A stretch of DNA of 64,000 bases, from contig OZ218957.1 in the NCBI GenBank assembly GCA_965112735.1, positions 2,976,001 through 3,040,000 on the forward strand, written 5' to 3'. Position 1 is the first letter of the stretch. Each line of letters opens with the position of its first letter. Under the pieces are notes generated by a model, which ran no database searches, had not been told where the DNA came from, and saw nothing but the letters and a program-made list of their open reading frames with translations. Made by a program: the position numbers and the translations under genes. Shown here one piece after another: positions 34,585-51,100 of the stretch. Source of the stretch: Phaeosaccion multiseriatum (lineage: Eukaryota; Protista; Ochrophyta, other classes).

Positions 34585-37500
34585 TGTGCGTGCATGAGTG
34601 TGTGTGTGCGTGTGCGTGTGCGTGTGCGTGTGTGGGTGTGCGTGAGCGTGTGCGTGCGTGTGTGTGTGCGTGCGTGCGTGTGTGCGTGTGCGTGCGTGCG
34701 TGTGTGCGCGTTCAGCCATGGGTGGTCATATTGCGGGAGATCAGCGAAGGTCCTGGGGGGTCTCCACTGCCGTTTGTGATACCGTACTCTCTCACACACA
34801 CACATTCCTCCCCCCCTTCCTCTCCCCTCCCCTGTATCACCAACTTAGTCACCTGACTCAGATCTCTTCCGTAAGGCAGTCAGTGGGGGTACTTTCGACA
34901 CCTCCGTCGTCACCCACTTCGATCGTGCCCACGGGATGATGTATGCAGCTACAAGGGTCTTCTCCTTTGGATGGGGAGAAGTGGAAGACTTTGGTGATGT
35001 GGGTGACACATTTGGCGACGATTTGTTGGCCGAACCGGAGGCCTTGCTCGTCCGCGGTGTGCACTGTTCCATGTGGCCTGATGCTACCAGGGTCAGCGTT
35101 CTCTTTGCAGTGGGCATGTTCATGATTGACTGCTTCACTCTCTTTCTCGTGTTGCTGCTGTTCTTGACTCCGCTCGAGAATATGGGCAAGCGGATCCGTA
35201 TGGTACGTGGGTGCGTGCGTGGAGGGGAGGGGGGGGGAGGGGAGGGGGGGGGGAGGGGAGGGGAGGGGAGGGGAGGGGAGGGGAGGCTGTTCTTGTTCTG
35301 TTTGTCCTGTCTCGTTTTTCTCTCGCTCTCTGCCTCCCTGTCCCCTTTTTCTCTCGCTCTCTGCCTCCCTGTCCCCCTCACCCCCTCCCTCTCCTCTCTT
35401 CTCCTCTCCTCTCCTCTCCTCTCCTCTCCTCTCCTTTCCTCTCCTCTCCTCTCCTCTCCTCTCTTCTCTTCTCCTCTCCTCTCCTCTCCTCTCCTCTCCT
35501 CTCCTCTCCTCTCCTCTCCTCTCCTCTCCTCTCCTCTCCTCTCCTCTCCTCTCCTCTCCTCTCCTCTCCTCTCCTCTCCTCTCCTCTCCTCTCCTCTCCT
35601 CTCCTCTCCTCTCCTCTCCTCTCCTCTCCTCTCCCCTCCTCTCCTCTCCTCTCCTCTCCTCTCCTCTCCTCTCCTCTCCTCTCCTCTCCTCTCCTCTCCT
35701 CTCCTCTCCTCTCCTCTCCTCTCCTCTCCTCTCCTCTCCTCTCCTCTCCTCTCCTCTCCTCTCCTCTCCTCTCCTCTCCTCTCCTCTCCTCTCCTCTCCT
35801 CTCTTCTCCTCTCTTCTCCTCTCCTCTCCTCTCCTCTCCTCTCCTCCCCTCCCTCCCTCCCCTCCCCCCCTCCCTCCCTCCCTCCCCTACCAGGGCGCCA
35901 AACTCGACCCAAAGTACACAGAACGCCTCCACAAACGGCGGAAAGTTCTCGTCTATGTAATGATGATCGGCTCTCTCTCCTTCGGCCTCGCCATTGCGCA
36001 AGTGGCGTGGTCGAAGCGACACATCCAGTCGATGCTGAGTTCCCGCAGCAAGAACGATCCGGCCATCACTGCGCTTACGTACAACTTTAAACTCGACCAG
36101 ATCCGCTTGGGCTTTACCACAACGGGTCATTCCAAGGCTATGTCAGCGCTAGCTCTGGCTGCTGCTGCAGTGACGAATAGCGAAAACCCGGAGGATGAGA
36201 GTATCTACGACAACGAGGGTGAGAGTGGGAGGGAGAGGAGGGAGGGGAGGGAGAGGAGGGAGAGGAGGGAGAGGAGGGAGAGGAGGGAGAGGAGGGAGAG
36301 GAAGGAGGGGAGGGAGAGGAGGGAGGGGAGGGAGAGGAGGGAGGGGAAGGAGCGGAAGGAGGGGAAGGGAAGGGGAGGCAAGGGGAGGGAGGGAGGGAAG
36401 ATAGAGTGTACCTTGTCCTGACACTCGGATTGGTCCTGACACCCCTGCTGACAATCATAACACAGAACTTCTCGCGGACGTGGAGTCGAAGTTGGCGTTT
36501 CAGATGACGCTTCGCAAGATCGAAATGGCCGTGTTTTTGGACGTCAATGCGAGGGTCCTCGCCTGGGGCAATCACACCACAGCGTAAGTGTCTTACGTAT
36601 GTCTTACGTATGTCTTGTGTATGAGTCTTCGTGAGTGCCTTATGTGCCGTTTGTGTTTCGTACGCGTCACGGGGATCCTTGTGCATCATCCTGTCTCTGC
36701 TTCTCTGCCCTTCTCTCCCCATGACGCTCTCTCTAATCCTCTCCCTCTCTCTATCTTCCTCTCTCTCTCCCTCCCTCCCTCCCTCCCTCCCTCCCCTCCC
36801 TCCCTCCCTCCCTCCCTCCCTCCCTCCCCTCCCCCAGGGAAATCCAAGGCACCTCCTACGACCCTCTGGCAGTGGTATCCACCGTCGTCAACACGAACGC
36901 CGCTTGTACCCGAAGTGGCGTCCTCCACCACACCGACGTCGACCCGTCCATCATACCCCACTTCCACCCCTTCTCGGAACCCCTCAACACCGATCTCGAT
37001 CCTTCCACCCTCAACATTGACCCAGACACACACCCCTACTTCCTGGCCCGTGTGGTGGGTATCCCTGTTTACGGAGAGGGGAATGAAGGCGCCAAACAAC
37101 CCGATGCGGTGCTCTTGGCCATGGACATGGTCGACGGAAAGACCGCCATTCCAGAGCGAAGCAACCTCATGCTGGGGCGTGGCTATAGCGCTGTGTACAC
37201 TTACAATGAGGACGATGCGACTCAGCCCAAGTACATTCTCAGCTCCGGAGCGCTCATGGAGGATGGTGTCAATATTGCGGTGAGTTTCCAGTGTGAGGTT
37301 GAGGTTGACTTGAAGTTTGAAAGGTTGCATTGAAGTTTCGTGTGTACGCGCGCGTATGAAGGAGAGCGCCGCCTCCGCGCTTGCCTTCCGTGGTGATGGG
37401 CACTGCTCTCCTTCTTTGCTTGCCTGCTCGTGCCCTTTCCCCTCAACTTCGTTGTCCCTCCGTACCTGAGCTGATGCCGATGCCTCCTCTCCTATTTGTA

Positions 37501-38040
37501 CCTCCCCCCCTCCCCCCTGCTCCTCCTCCTCCCCCTCCTCTTCCCCCTCCCCCTCCCCTTCCCCCTCCCCCTCCCTACCATCTCCTCTCTAATACGAGAA
37601 AGATTGACTACCCCTACGGAGGTGAGAAAGACCTTGAAAAACTGTTTGGGGGACTTCAAGAGAGCCCCTCCATGACGACTTTCGAACGTGTTCGTATCGG
37701 TGGAGAGGAAGCTTTCGCCGCAGGCCGTTGCATACCCCAGGACTATGTGCAGGTCGGTTGGTTTCTTCCATTTGGGTTTGTTCAGATCCGATACGATCGA
37801 ATCCATATCGGTTCATGGGTGTTTGAAGGTCACGTAAACTGAAACATGAAAGCTGATGGATAGCGTCGAGAAGTTGAGTCCAAGTCAGGGCACGGTTGGA
37901 TCCTCCTGAGTCTTCAGACGCTGCTCCATTAGAGCAAGCACAGAAGCTTCGATACCGACTCCAAGTATGGGTGTTCGGTGTTGATGAGGTCCTCAACTGA
38001 CTGACTGACTGACTGACTGACTGACTGACTGACTGACTGC

Positions 38041-38077
<37 letters not shown>

Positions 38078-39716
38078 TGACTGACTCACTGACTGACTGA
38101 CTGACCGACTCACTGACTGACTGACTGACTCACTGACTGCCTGACTGCCTGACTGACTGACTGACTGACTGACTGACTGCCTGACTGACTCACTGATTCA
38201 CTGACTGACTGACTGATTCACTGACTGACTGACTGACCGACTGACTGACTGACTGCCTGACTGACTCACTGACTGACTGACTGACTGACTGACTGCCTGA
38301 CTGACTGACTGACTGACTGACTGACTGACTGACTGCCTGACTGACTGACTGCCTGACTGACTGACTGACTGACTGCCTGACTGACCGACTGACTGACTGA
38401 CTGACTGACTGACTGACTGACTGACTGCTGACTGACTGACTGACTGCTCTCTCTCTATACTGTTTCGTGCTGTGCCTTGCTGTGTACAGGGGCTGGGTGA
38501 CGCAGGAAAAATCTATGACACTCGAACCCAAGGGTGTCCTGCCTTCATAATCCAGGCCATGCCGTACTCGAATGTTAGCCACGAGGTGAGAGCGAACAGA
38601 TTGGTGGGATCATGGGAAGAATCAGAGGAGAGGGAGAGGGATGGAGGGAGGGAGGGAGGGAGAGGGGGAGAGAGAGAGAGAAAGAAAGAACGAGCGAGAA
38701 GAGAGAGAGTTTCTTTCCTTGACCCCGCACCCCGCCCCCCTCCCCCCCCCCCCTCCCCCCCTCCCCTCCGTCCCTTCCTCCTTTTGTCCCTTCTCCCCCC
38801 TCCCCTCCCCCCTCCTCCCTCTCTTGTGTGTCCTTCGCTCCCTTCGCCCATCCAAAACACACACCAAAACCGCACCATGGACAGATGAATCTCATATTTC
38901 TTTGGGAGATGATTGGACTCGTGGCCCATTTCTTCAAACTATTATGTATATGCGGGCTCTGCTACCTCACCTTTTTGCCGTTTCAGAAGATTGTGGGTAA
39001 GAGTAACAGCAGCGTCTCCGGCCGCAGCGTTGGTGCCAGCCCCTCCATGACGACAGGACTGGGAGACAGCAACTCGCGGTACAGCTGGGTGAAGAACACT
39101 TTCCGTCGGGGCAGGGGAGGCAGGGGCGAGGTGTCGGCAAAAAACTTATTCAAAGGTGAGAGTATGTAGGGCAGGGTGGGTGAGTGGATGGATGGATGGG
39201 TGGGTGGGTGGTTAGGTGGATGGTTAGGTGGGTAGGTGGGTGGGTGGGTGGGTGGGATGTGGGTGTGTGGGTGGGTAGGTGGGTGGGTGAGTGGGTGGGT
39301 AGGTGGGTGGGTAGGTGGGTGGGTAGGTGGGTGGGTAGGTGGATGGGTAGGTGGGTGGGTTGGTCGGTCGGTCGGTCGGTCAGTCAGTGAAGAGCCGTCT
39401 TCTCGTATCCCTAACCCTAATCACCCCCTCCCTCCACACCTCTTCACGACCACGCCACCACCACCACCACCACCACCACCCCGCCGCTCCCCACCGCTGC
39501 TACCGCCGCTGCTGTATCGCCAACTTCTTGGCTCTCTCTGCCCGTCAAACAACATCAGGAGGCTCCCAAAAGCGTATCCTTCCCGTCAGTGTGGGACCCC
39601 CCGTCGCCCAGGCCAGCCCCCCCCCCCTCCTCCCCCCCCTCTCCCCCCCCCTCGCCATCGGCACCTCACCAGGGGCTGGGGCGAAAACAGCAGAAGGGGC
39701 GGTAACCTCCTCGTAG
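30769..39716 (+). CDS. 17-exon 4-TM membrane protein with two tandem extracellular Cache-like domains of cyanobacterial chemoreceptor type
   Basis: Exons 30769-31069, 31246-31371, 31582-32107, 32408-32558, 32905-33072, 33201-33308, 33700-33839, 34094-34281, 34444-34553, 34849-35202, 35894-36218, 36466-36583, 36838-37279, 37603-37752, 38490-38585, 38885-39155 and ~39559-39716 join in frame at GT-AG. Four hydrophobic segments flank two internally homologous domains. Confidence 0.8.
33959..34090. repeat. (CA)n microsatellite running up to an intron acceptor
   Basis: Read directly; it occupies the position of the polypyrimidine tract. Confidence 0.9.
35390..35850. repeat. (CTCCT)n microsatellite, intronic
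   Basis: Read directly. Confidence 0.95.
37836..37997 (-). mobile_element. Possible 5'-truncated non-LTR retrotransposon 3' end inside an intron
   Basis: The minus strand reads a short ORF end ([22 protein letters not shown]-stop), ~75 nt of unique sequence, then a TTTCATGTTTCAGTTT tail. No RT motif is visible. Confidence 0.3.
37997..38445. repeat. (CTGA)n microsatellite, intronic
   Basis: Read directly. The same repeat appears as (GTCA)n at ~51587-51825. Confidence 0.95.
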
Positions 39717-40188
39717 TTCAGGGGCTGTGGATATATATACACAAAACATAGGAATCAACCTAAGAACTAGAGTGCTTCCCGCCCTGGATGGATGGGTGGG
39801 TGGATGGTGCGTGGGAAAGGGATTTAAAAAAAAAGGTACATATTAGTACTTCGTAAAACATAAAAAACAAGAAAAGGAAAACCCCACAACCCGACGTGCG
39901 GACCTTCTCACTCCATGTGGGTGCGTGCGCGCATCCATCGGCCACTCGATGCCCCTCCTCCCTCACAACTCTGATGAGTGCCCCCCCCCCCCCCCCTCCG
40001 TTTAGGCCGTCGCCAGGCTCCCTTCCCAACGCCCTGACAGTAACATCTTACGGCAGGCGAGAGGCACGCCTTTCATCCGCCCCTTTCACCCCTTCTCAGA
40101 CGTCACATCCTGAAGCACCTCTTGGGCCTCATTGGGCCTCATTGGGCCTCATTGGGTCTGATGGGGCCTGCTTGGGCCTAATTGGGCC

Positions 40189-41637
40189 TCATGGGGGCAG
40201 CGTGTTCAGAAAGTCCACCATGTGAGGCGCCAGCTGCTTGCGGCTCTTTTGCACATTGCCCTGTTGGTAGTACAGAAAGTATTCCTTCCTTCCTCCTCCT
40301 CCTCCTGCTGCTGCTGCTGACCCCCCCTCCTCCCTCCGCTGTGGCAGCTCCACAGCCCCCTCCAACACCAGCCCCACCCCCTCCTCCTCCCCCCTCCCCC
40401 CCCCTACTCTTACGAGACGCAAGTAGCTACAAGGCCCCTCCGGATCCGCAAGATACACCTCCAACTTACGCAACATACGGGCATTTCCACCAAGCACAAT
40501 CAACTCTCTCTTGGGCTCGGGCACCAGGCAGAAAGTCTGAATCATAAACAGGTCAATGTCATCGTGGTCTTCTCGCCACTGCTTCACAGCCTCGATCAGG
40601 CCCTTCTTCTCAACCATCTCCCGGGCGGGGCACAGTACCACGCTAATGCCCAGAGTGAGCGTCTTCTTCAGACTCGTGCTCCTGCTCTCGCTATTACTCT
40701 CGCGCCCACTGCTCTCACTCTTCTTCCCTTGCTGCTGCTGCTGCTGCTGCTGTTGCTGTATCACCACCTCTTGCACTTGCTGTTGCGCTGGTGTGTCGCT
40801 GTGGAAGAGCTTAAAGTCATATTTGAGACAGTCGCTTGGTTGCAGTGCAGACCAGAAGGAAGGGCTGAACTTGGCCTGCGAGAGCTTCTCAAACAAAGTA
40901 TCTGCCTGTGTATCGCGGGAGGGGAGGGAGGGAAGGAGAGAGAGAGAGAAGAGATAGGCGGGGGGGAGAATGAGAGAGGGAGAGAGACGGGGGGGGGGGG
41001 GAGAAGGCAGGGGCTGGGGCAGATAGACGAGAGAGGAGAGGAGAGAGAAGGAAGCGCAGGAGTGGGACGTCCACCCCTGGGGCAATCAATGAATACATAG
41101 ACATACGTAATCTTACCTTGACTCCGGGCAAGCGTGCCAAGAGAGCGTCTCGGGCGGCAATGTCTCTGCTTGTGGTCCTGCCCGCCGCGGGGCTGAAGCC
41201 TACGGTATCGATGCTCATGACGCCCAGCAGGAGCAGGCACACGTCCCGAGTGAGGAGGAGAGAGCACGAAGGAGAGGAAGGGGAAGAGGAAGAAGCACTC
41301 TCTGCTGCCAGGAAGCGCTCAGCCACCTTTGATGTCATGTCATGTGAGGTGAAATGGAGAAGGAAGAGAGAGGAGAGAGAGAGAGAGAGACTCTTGTTCG
41401 GTGAAATACACTCTGATGTAGGAACGGTCCATGATTCTAATAGACATGTAGGGTGGACACACCGCAAGGGTTGTGGGGTAGTGCACGCAGTGTACACATA
41501 CGTATGTCATCCGTAGTATTTCGCGTTGCTTCATTGGGCTTTACTCTTATCGTTTGCGGGTGGGTAAGCCAATGACCTAGAAACATATACACACGTATAC
41601 ACACACACTCACGCACACACCCCAACCCCCTAAACAA

Positions 41638-41687
<50 letters not shown>

Positions 41688-42684
41688 AGTGCTTGGTACT
41701 TGCCTGAGTGCAGCATGACCCCACCAAGGGCACGTTCTCCTCATCGCTGAAGGCAATGTCCCGCCACGCCCCCCCCACCTCTGGCCTGTGCTTGCCGAGG
41801 TCCTTGTGGTGGTCGACAATCTCCACCACGGGGATGGAACAGCTCGGGCCAGCCCCATTGCCACCAGCATCAGCACCGGCATCGGCATCGGCATGACAGT
41901 CGAGATGATGAGTGCTCTTGTCCACTACCGCCGCATTGTGGTCGGTGAGAATGAGCTTGACCCCCCCCCCATGGCCGGACCCGGCCCCACTGCTGCCGTC
42001 GTCACCATGGCTGCTTTCTGCTTGTGCTGCGTCGTCATCACTACCAGCTACAAGAAGCATGGACTGGTGCAAGGCGTTAAGGTCGAGTTCGTCGGAGAAA
42101 AGCAAGTCAGCCGGGTCGAGAGCCGCCATCTCGAACAACAAGAGGGTCTCTCTCCGGAGGGCGAAGTCTGCGCGAGGAATGGGCATGATGGGCGTGTATA
42201 GCACTCTTCTTGTACTCGCCCCTGCCCTCTCTCCTCCTCCTCCCCCCTCTTCTCCCAGCTTCTGCTGATCCAGCTGCTGCTGCTGCTGCTTGAGGTAAGC
42301 CAGCAGCATGGAGCTGATCATAGTGTCCGCATCCCCAGCTTCATTGCCGCGGACGGCATACACAGCTGTCCTCCTCCGTGAGGGAACAGCAGTCCCCCCC
42401 CTCTTCGCTGCTGCAGCTGTCTCCGACTCGAGATTCAGAATGTCTCTCCTCACACCCTTGAGATAGGAGGGGAGCCCAGACTGACCAGATGTCTCCTCCA
42501 TGGCCGATCCTGCTGCCAAGGCAGAGGCGACTAGGCCCCTCTTCGGGCCACACCGGCTGCTATTCGTGAAGATCCTCACACTGTTGCTGCAAGCAGTGCT
42601 ACTGCTTAGGAGCAAAGCGGACAGGGCACGCGGCCGGGAGAGAGAGAAGATGGAGAGAAACACAGCAGGCAAGATGCCATTCAT
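40189..42684 (-). CDS. Exopolyphosphatase / Prune-like DHH-DHHA2 phosphoesterase
   Basis: Three exons. Motifs: GNEAGDADT, ILTDHN, EIVDHH, VGSCCTQV, LLLGVMSIDT, DCLKYDFKLF, QGNVQKSRKQLAP. The first intron is GC-AG. Confidence 0.92.
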
Positions 42685-42909
42685 TAAGAGAAGAGCAAGT
42701 GGCCGTCCTCAAGGAAGCGTCATCAAGGGCATAGAAGGAGGGGAGAAGGGCGAAGGGAGCGAAGGGCCGAGCCGCCACTCCACCCGGACAGTATACGTCG
42801 TTGCCAAGGCTAAGTAGGATTCCAACACGCCTACTTGAACCGACCTACCACTCACTTCGTACTTCGCCTCTTTTGCTCTTTTGTGTCATCCCTCCCCAAC
42901 CGGGGTCAG

Positions 42910-47568
<4,659 letters not shown>

Positions 47569-47573
<5 letters not shown>

Positions 47574-47645
47574 CGGCTGAGTATAGCGGCTGAGCATAGC
47601 GGCTGAGTATAGCGGCTGAGTATAGCGGCTGAGCATAGTGGCTCG
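47569..47645. repeat. 13-bp minisatellite (TAGCGGCTGAGYA) x5-6 starting at the LCMT1 stop codon
   Basis: Read directly. Confidence 0.9.
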
Positions 47646-48127
47646 CGTTGGTGGGCAGTCGGTGGGGAGAGAGGGGAGAGAGAGAGAGAGGAGAGGGAGG
47701 GAGAGGGAGAGGGAGAGCGTGGGAGAGAGAGAGACAAGAGAGAGAGGGAGGGGGGGGGGAGGAGAGCACCGCTAGGACCTTTATCAATTTCGAACTCATA
47801 AATCTTCGATATAGATCCTCTGAGTTCGATATTTGGTCCTGGTCAACAAGTTGAAAACTGAAAACTGAATCTGCACATGGGGTCGGTTCTCTTCTTTCTT
47901 CTCCAGGTACAATGTACAACTGACTTTATTGAAACTCTAATTACACGCAACCGTTGGGGTTGCCTTTCTCATAGGCCAATGGAAAGCGTTCAGCCGAGTC
48001 GCAACCAATCAATCGGAGAAGAGAGAGTCAGGGCGTGTCAAAAGGATATCGATATACTTCTATTTTCGATCTTGTAGTGCATGCACTCGAGGGAGGCATA
48101 AACTCATACTCAAACCGAAGGGCAGGG

Positions 48128-51100
48128 TCAGTTCAGGTCGGAGTGTGTCCCTGCTTTGTTCAGTCCTGCTCCTGCTCCCCCTCCCCCTCCCCCACCACCT
48201 CCACCTCCTCCTGCTCCTGCTGCTCCTCCTCCTCCTCCTGCTCCTCCTCCTCCTCCCCCTGCTGCTGCTGCTCCTCCTCCGTTGCCAGTCATGTGGGAGA
48301 TTGAGTCCATTTTCATGGTCAAGCTCACCTGTTGGTACCATTGTCGTCACCAATTGTTGGGAGGGAGTTGGAGGAAGGAGGTCACAAAGGGAGAGGAACG
48401 ACAGCGGAGTGGAGAGAGAAAGAGAAAGAAAGAAAGGAAAATGGAAAAGCAATCGATTCGTCTGCTGCTGAGTGAGTGAGTGAGTGAGTGAGTGAGTGAG
48501 TGAGTGAGAGAGGGAGTGAGTGAGTGAGTGAGTGAGTGGGTGAGTGAGTGAGTGAGTGAGTGAGTGAGTGGGTGAGTGAGAGAGGGAGTGAGTGGGTGAG
48601 TGAGTGAGTGAGTGAGTGATTAAGTGATTAAGTGATTAAGTGAGTGAGTGAGCGAGTTGGTGAGTGAGTGAGTGAGTGAGTGATTAAGTGAGTGAGTGAG
48701 TGAGTTGGTGAGTGAGTGAGTGAGTAAGTGAGTGAGTGAGTGAGTGAGTGAGTGAGTGAGTGGCTCAATATATATATATATGATGACTTGATAGGAATGA
48801 AATTCAACAAAGTACTTTACTTCATATACGTAGTACTAAGTACTCATAAAAGAAGTAATAGAAGTAATATATAACGAAATGTAACAATGTCACGTCACGA
48901 ACGCTTACCTTTTGAATATCGACAGGTTTGCTGGAGTCTCCCTCTCTGTCCTCCACAATGCTCTCCACCAAGTCACTGGAGGGAGGGATGGGGGTGCGAA
49001 GAGAAGCCAACCGGGCTCCAGTCACCTCATCAAGCTTGGGTGGGTTGGGGGAGAGTACGCTAGCGAGAGGGTTTCCGTTGGTGGCGGCATTGTGCACCTG
49101 TTGGTGATACGGGGAGGGAAGGGAGGGGGGAGGGAGGGAGGGAGAAAGGGATGTGAGAAGAGTGGAGGGTAGGACAGAGGAAGCGAGAGAGCAAGAGAGG
49201 GAGATGTGGAGAGAGGAACGCACACAATCCCACCCACTCACCGACCCACCCACCCACCCTCTCACCCATCCACCCACCCACCCACCCATCCATCCACCCA
49301 CCCACCCACCCACCCACCCATCCACTCACCCACCCACTCACCCACCCACCCACTCACCCACCCACCCCCCATTGACTTCTGTACCTGCACGATGTGCTCA
49401 ATCTGCTGCTCGATAAGGCCTAGTAGGATCATGATGTTTCGCTCTGTGACTCCCATGGTCACGAGCTGCCGGTGGACGGCTTCGTTGTCGTGCCCCACCT
49501 TAGGTTGGGAGGGAGGTGAGACAGTTGTGGTAGGTAGGTTGATCGAAGGAAAAGGTTAAACTGAAACTGAAACTGAAACTGAAATTGAAACTGAAACGCA
49601 CCTTCTGGAAGATGCTAGTGATTGAGTCCTCCACGCTGGCGATGAGCTGGACGTCCTGTGGGGCGAAGAGGAGCCGCAGCAGTTGGTGAGCCAGAGGACT
49701 TGGGGTGACACAGCAGTTGACGATAGCCGTAGCTCACTCCCTTACTCACTCACTCACTCCCTCCCTCCTTCCCTCCCCCCCCCCTCCACAACCCAACCGC
49801 AAGTACTGGTCTCACATCTCACTCCGCACTGCCATTCGGTTGGATATCTAACGAACTGAAACTGAAACTGAAACTGAAACTGAACATTCCTCACTCACCC
49901 TCTGATACTGTGCATCGTGCTGCTCTGCCGTGGCCCTTGACCTCTGAATCTGCTCCTGCAGGCTCGCCTTGACGCGCTGCTGGTCGGAGCGCCGGCTCAC
50001 ATGACTGAGTTCATCGATCTGTAGAAGCATATAGGCACACCGTAGGGCCGTTGCCGTACGCGAAATGGTAAGGGGAGGGGGCAGGGGGTGGCAATTAGGA
50101 GAGAAGGGAGGTGGGGCGACAGATGTGAATCAGCGGATTACCACACAGGACACAACATGGTGCGGCCTCAGTAATGCCTACTGTTGTGTGTGTGTGTGTG
50201 TGTGTGCGCACGCGTATGTGTGTGTGTGCGTGTGCGTGCGCATGTATGTACGTGTGTGTGTGTGTGTGCGTATGCATGTATATGTGTGTGTGTGGATGCG
50301 TATATTATACGTGTAAATAAGTGTGAGCATTAGTGTTATGTCAGCGTACCTGGTGGTTGATGCGCCCCTTCTCTCCCTCGAGCTCCTCAAGCTCCTTGTT
50401 GAGCTCGTTGATGAGGCGGAATAGTGCGTAGTTCTCCTCCTCGGCCTCAAGCATCACGGGCACGAAGTCCTCAAAGCTCTGCTCGGGGAGGGAGGGAGGG
50501 AGTGAGGGAGGGAGGGAGGGAGGGAGGGAGTGAGGGAGGGAGTGAGGGAGGGAGTGAGGGAGAAAACGACAAAGGGATATAAGAAGAGTCGAGGGTGGGA
50601 GAGAAAAAGAGATAAAGGAAGAGAGACATGTCGAAAGAAGGAAGAGACAGAGACATTTACAGAAAGAGGGACACACACGAACACTCTCCCCCCCCCCCTC
50701 CAACCCCCTCTCACACACCCTCACATGCACGCACCTGCAGTCCCGTTGCCTCCGTGATGGTGTCAAGCATGGCGCTTAAATGTCCTGCCCTCGCGGCCTT
50801 GCTCTGCAGATCGTTCTTCTTCTTGAGAATGACCCAATATGCCATGGAGCTCTGCTGCCTCAGTCGCTGTGCGTAGGACTTACCCTGCAGTGACATGCCC
50901 TGCTCCTCCTTCTCCTCGTTGCTCAGCGAGGAGCTGTCCAGCCCACCACCCTTCCTCCCCCCCCCTGCCCCTCCTCCCTCTCCGCCTCCTGATCCTCCTG
51001 GTCCTCCGGCCATGAGGCTTGAGGTGTCTAGGTTGGGATGTAGTGTCTTTTGGCGAATGAGCTCGGCTATGCGCTCCTGAGCGTTGTGTGTGTCGATGTC

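Noticed and set aside
34540-34862. Apparent frameshift or GC donor in the sensor gene
   Set aside because: Resolved by a canonical TAG acceptor ending at 34848, which keeps the frame (GE|[10 protein letters not shown]).
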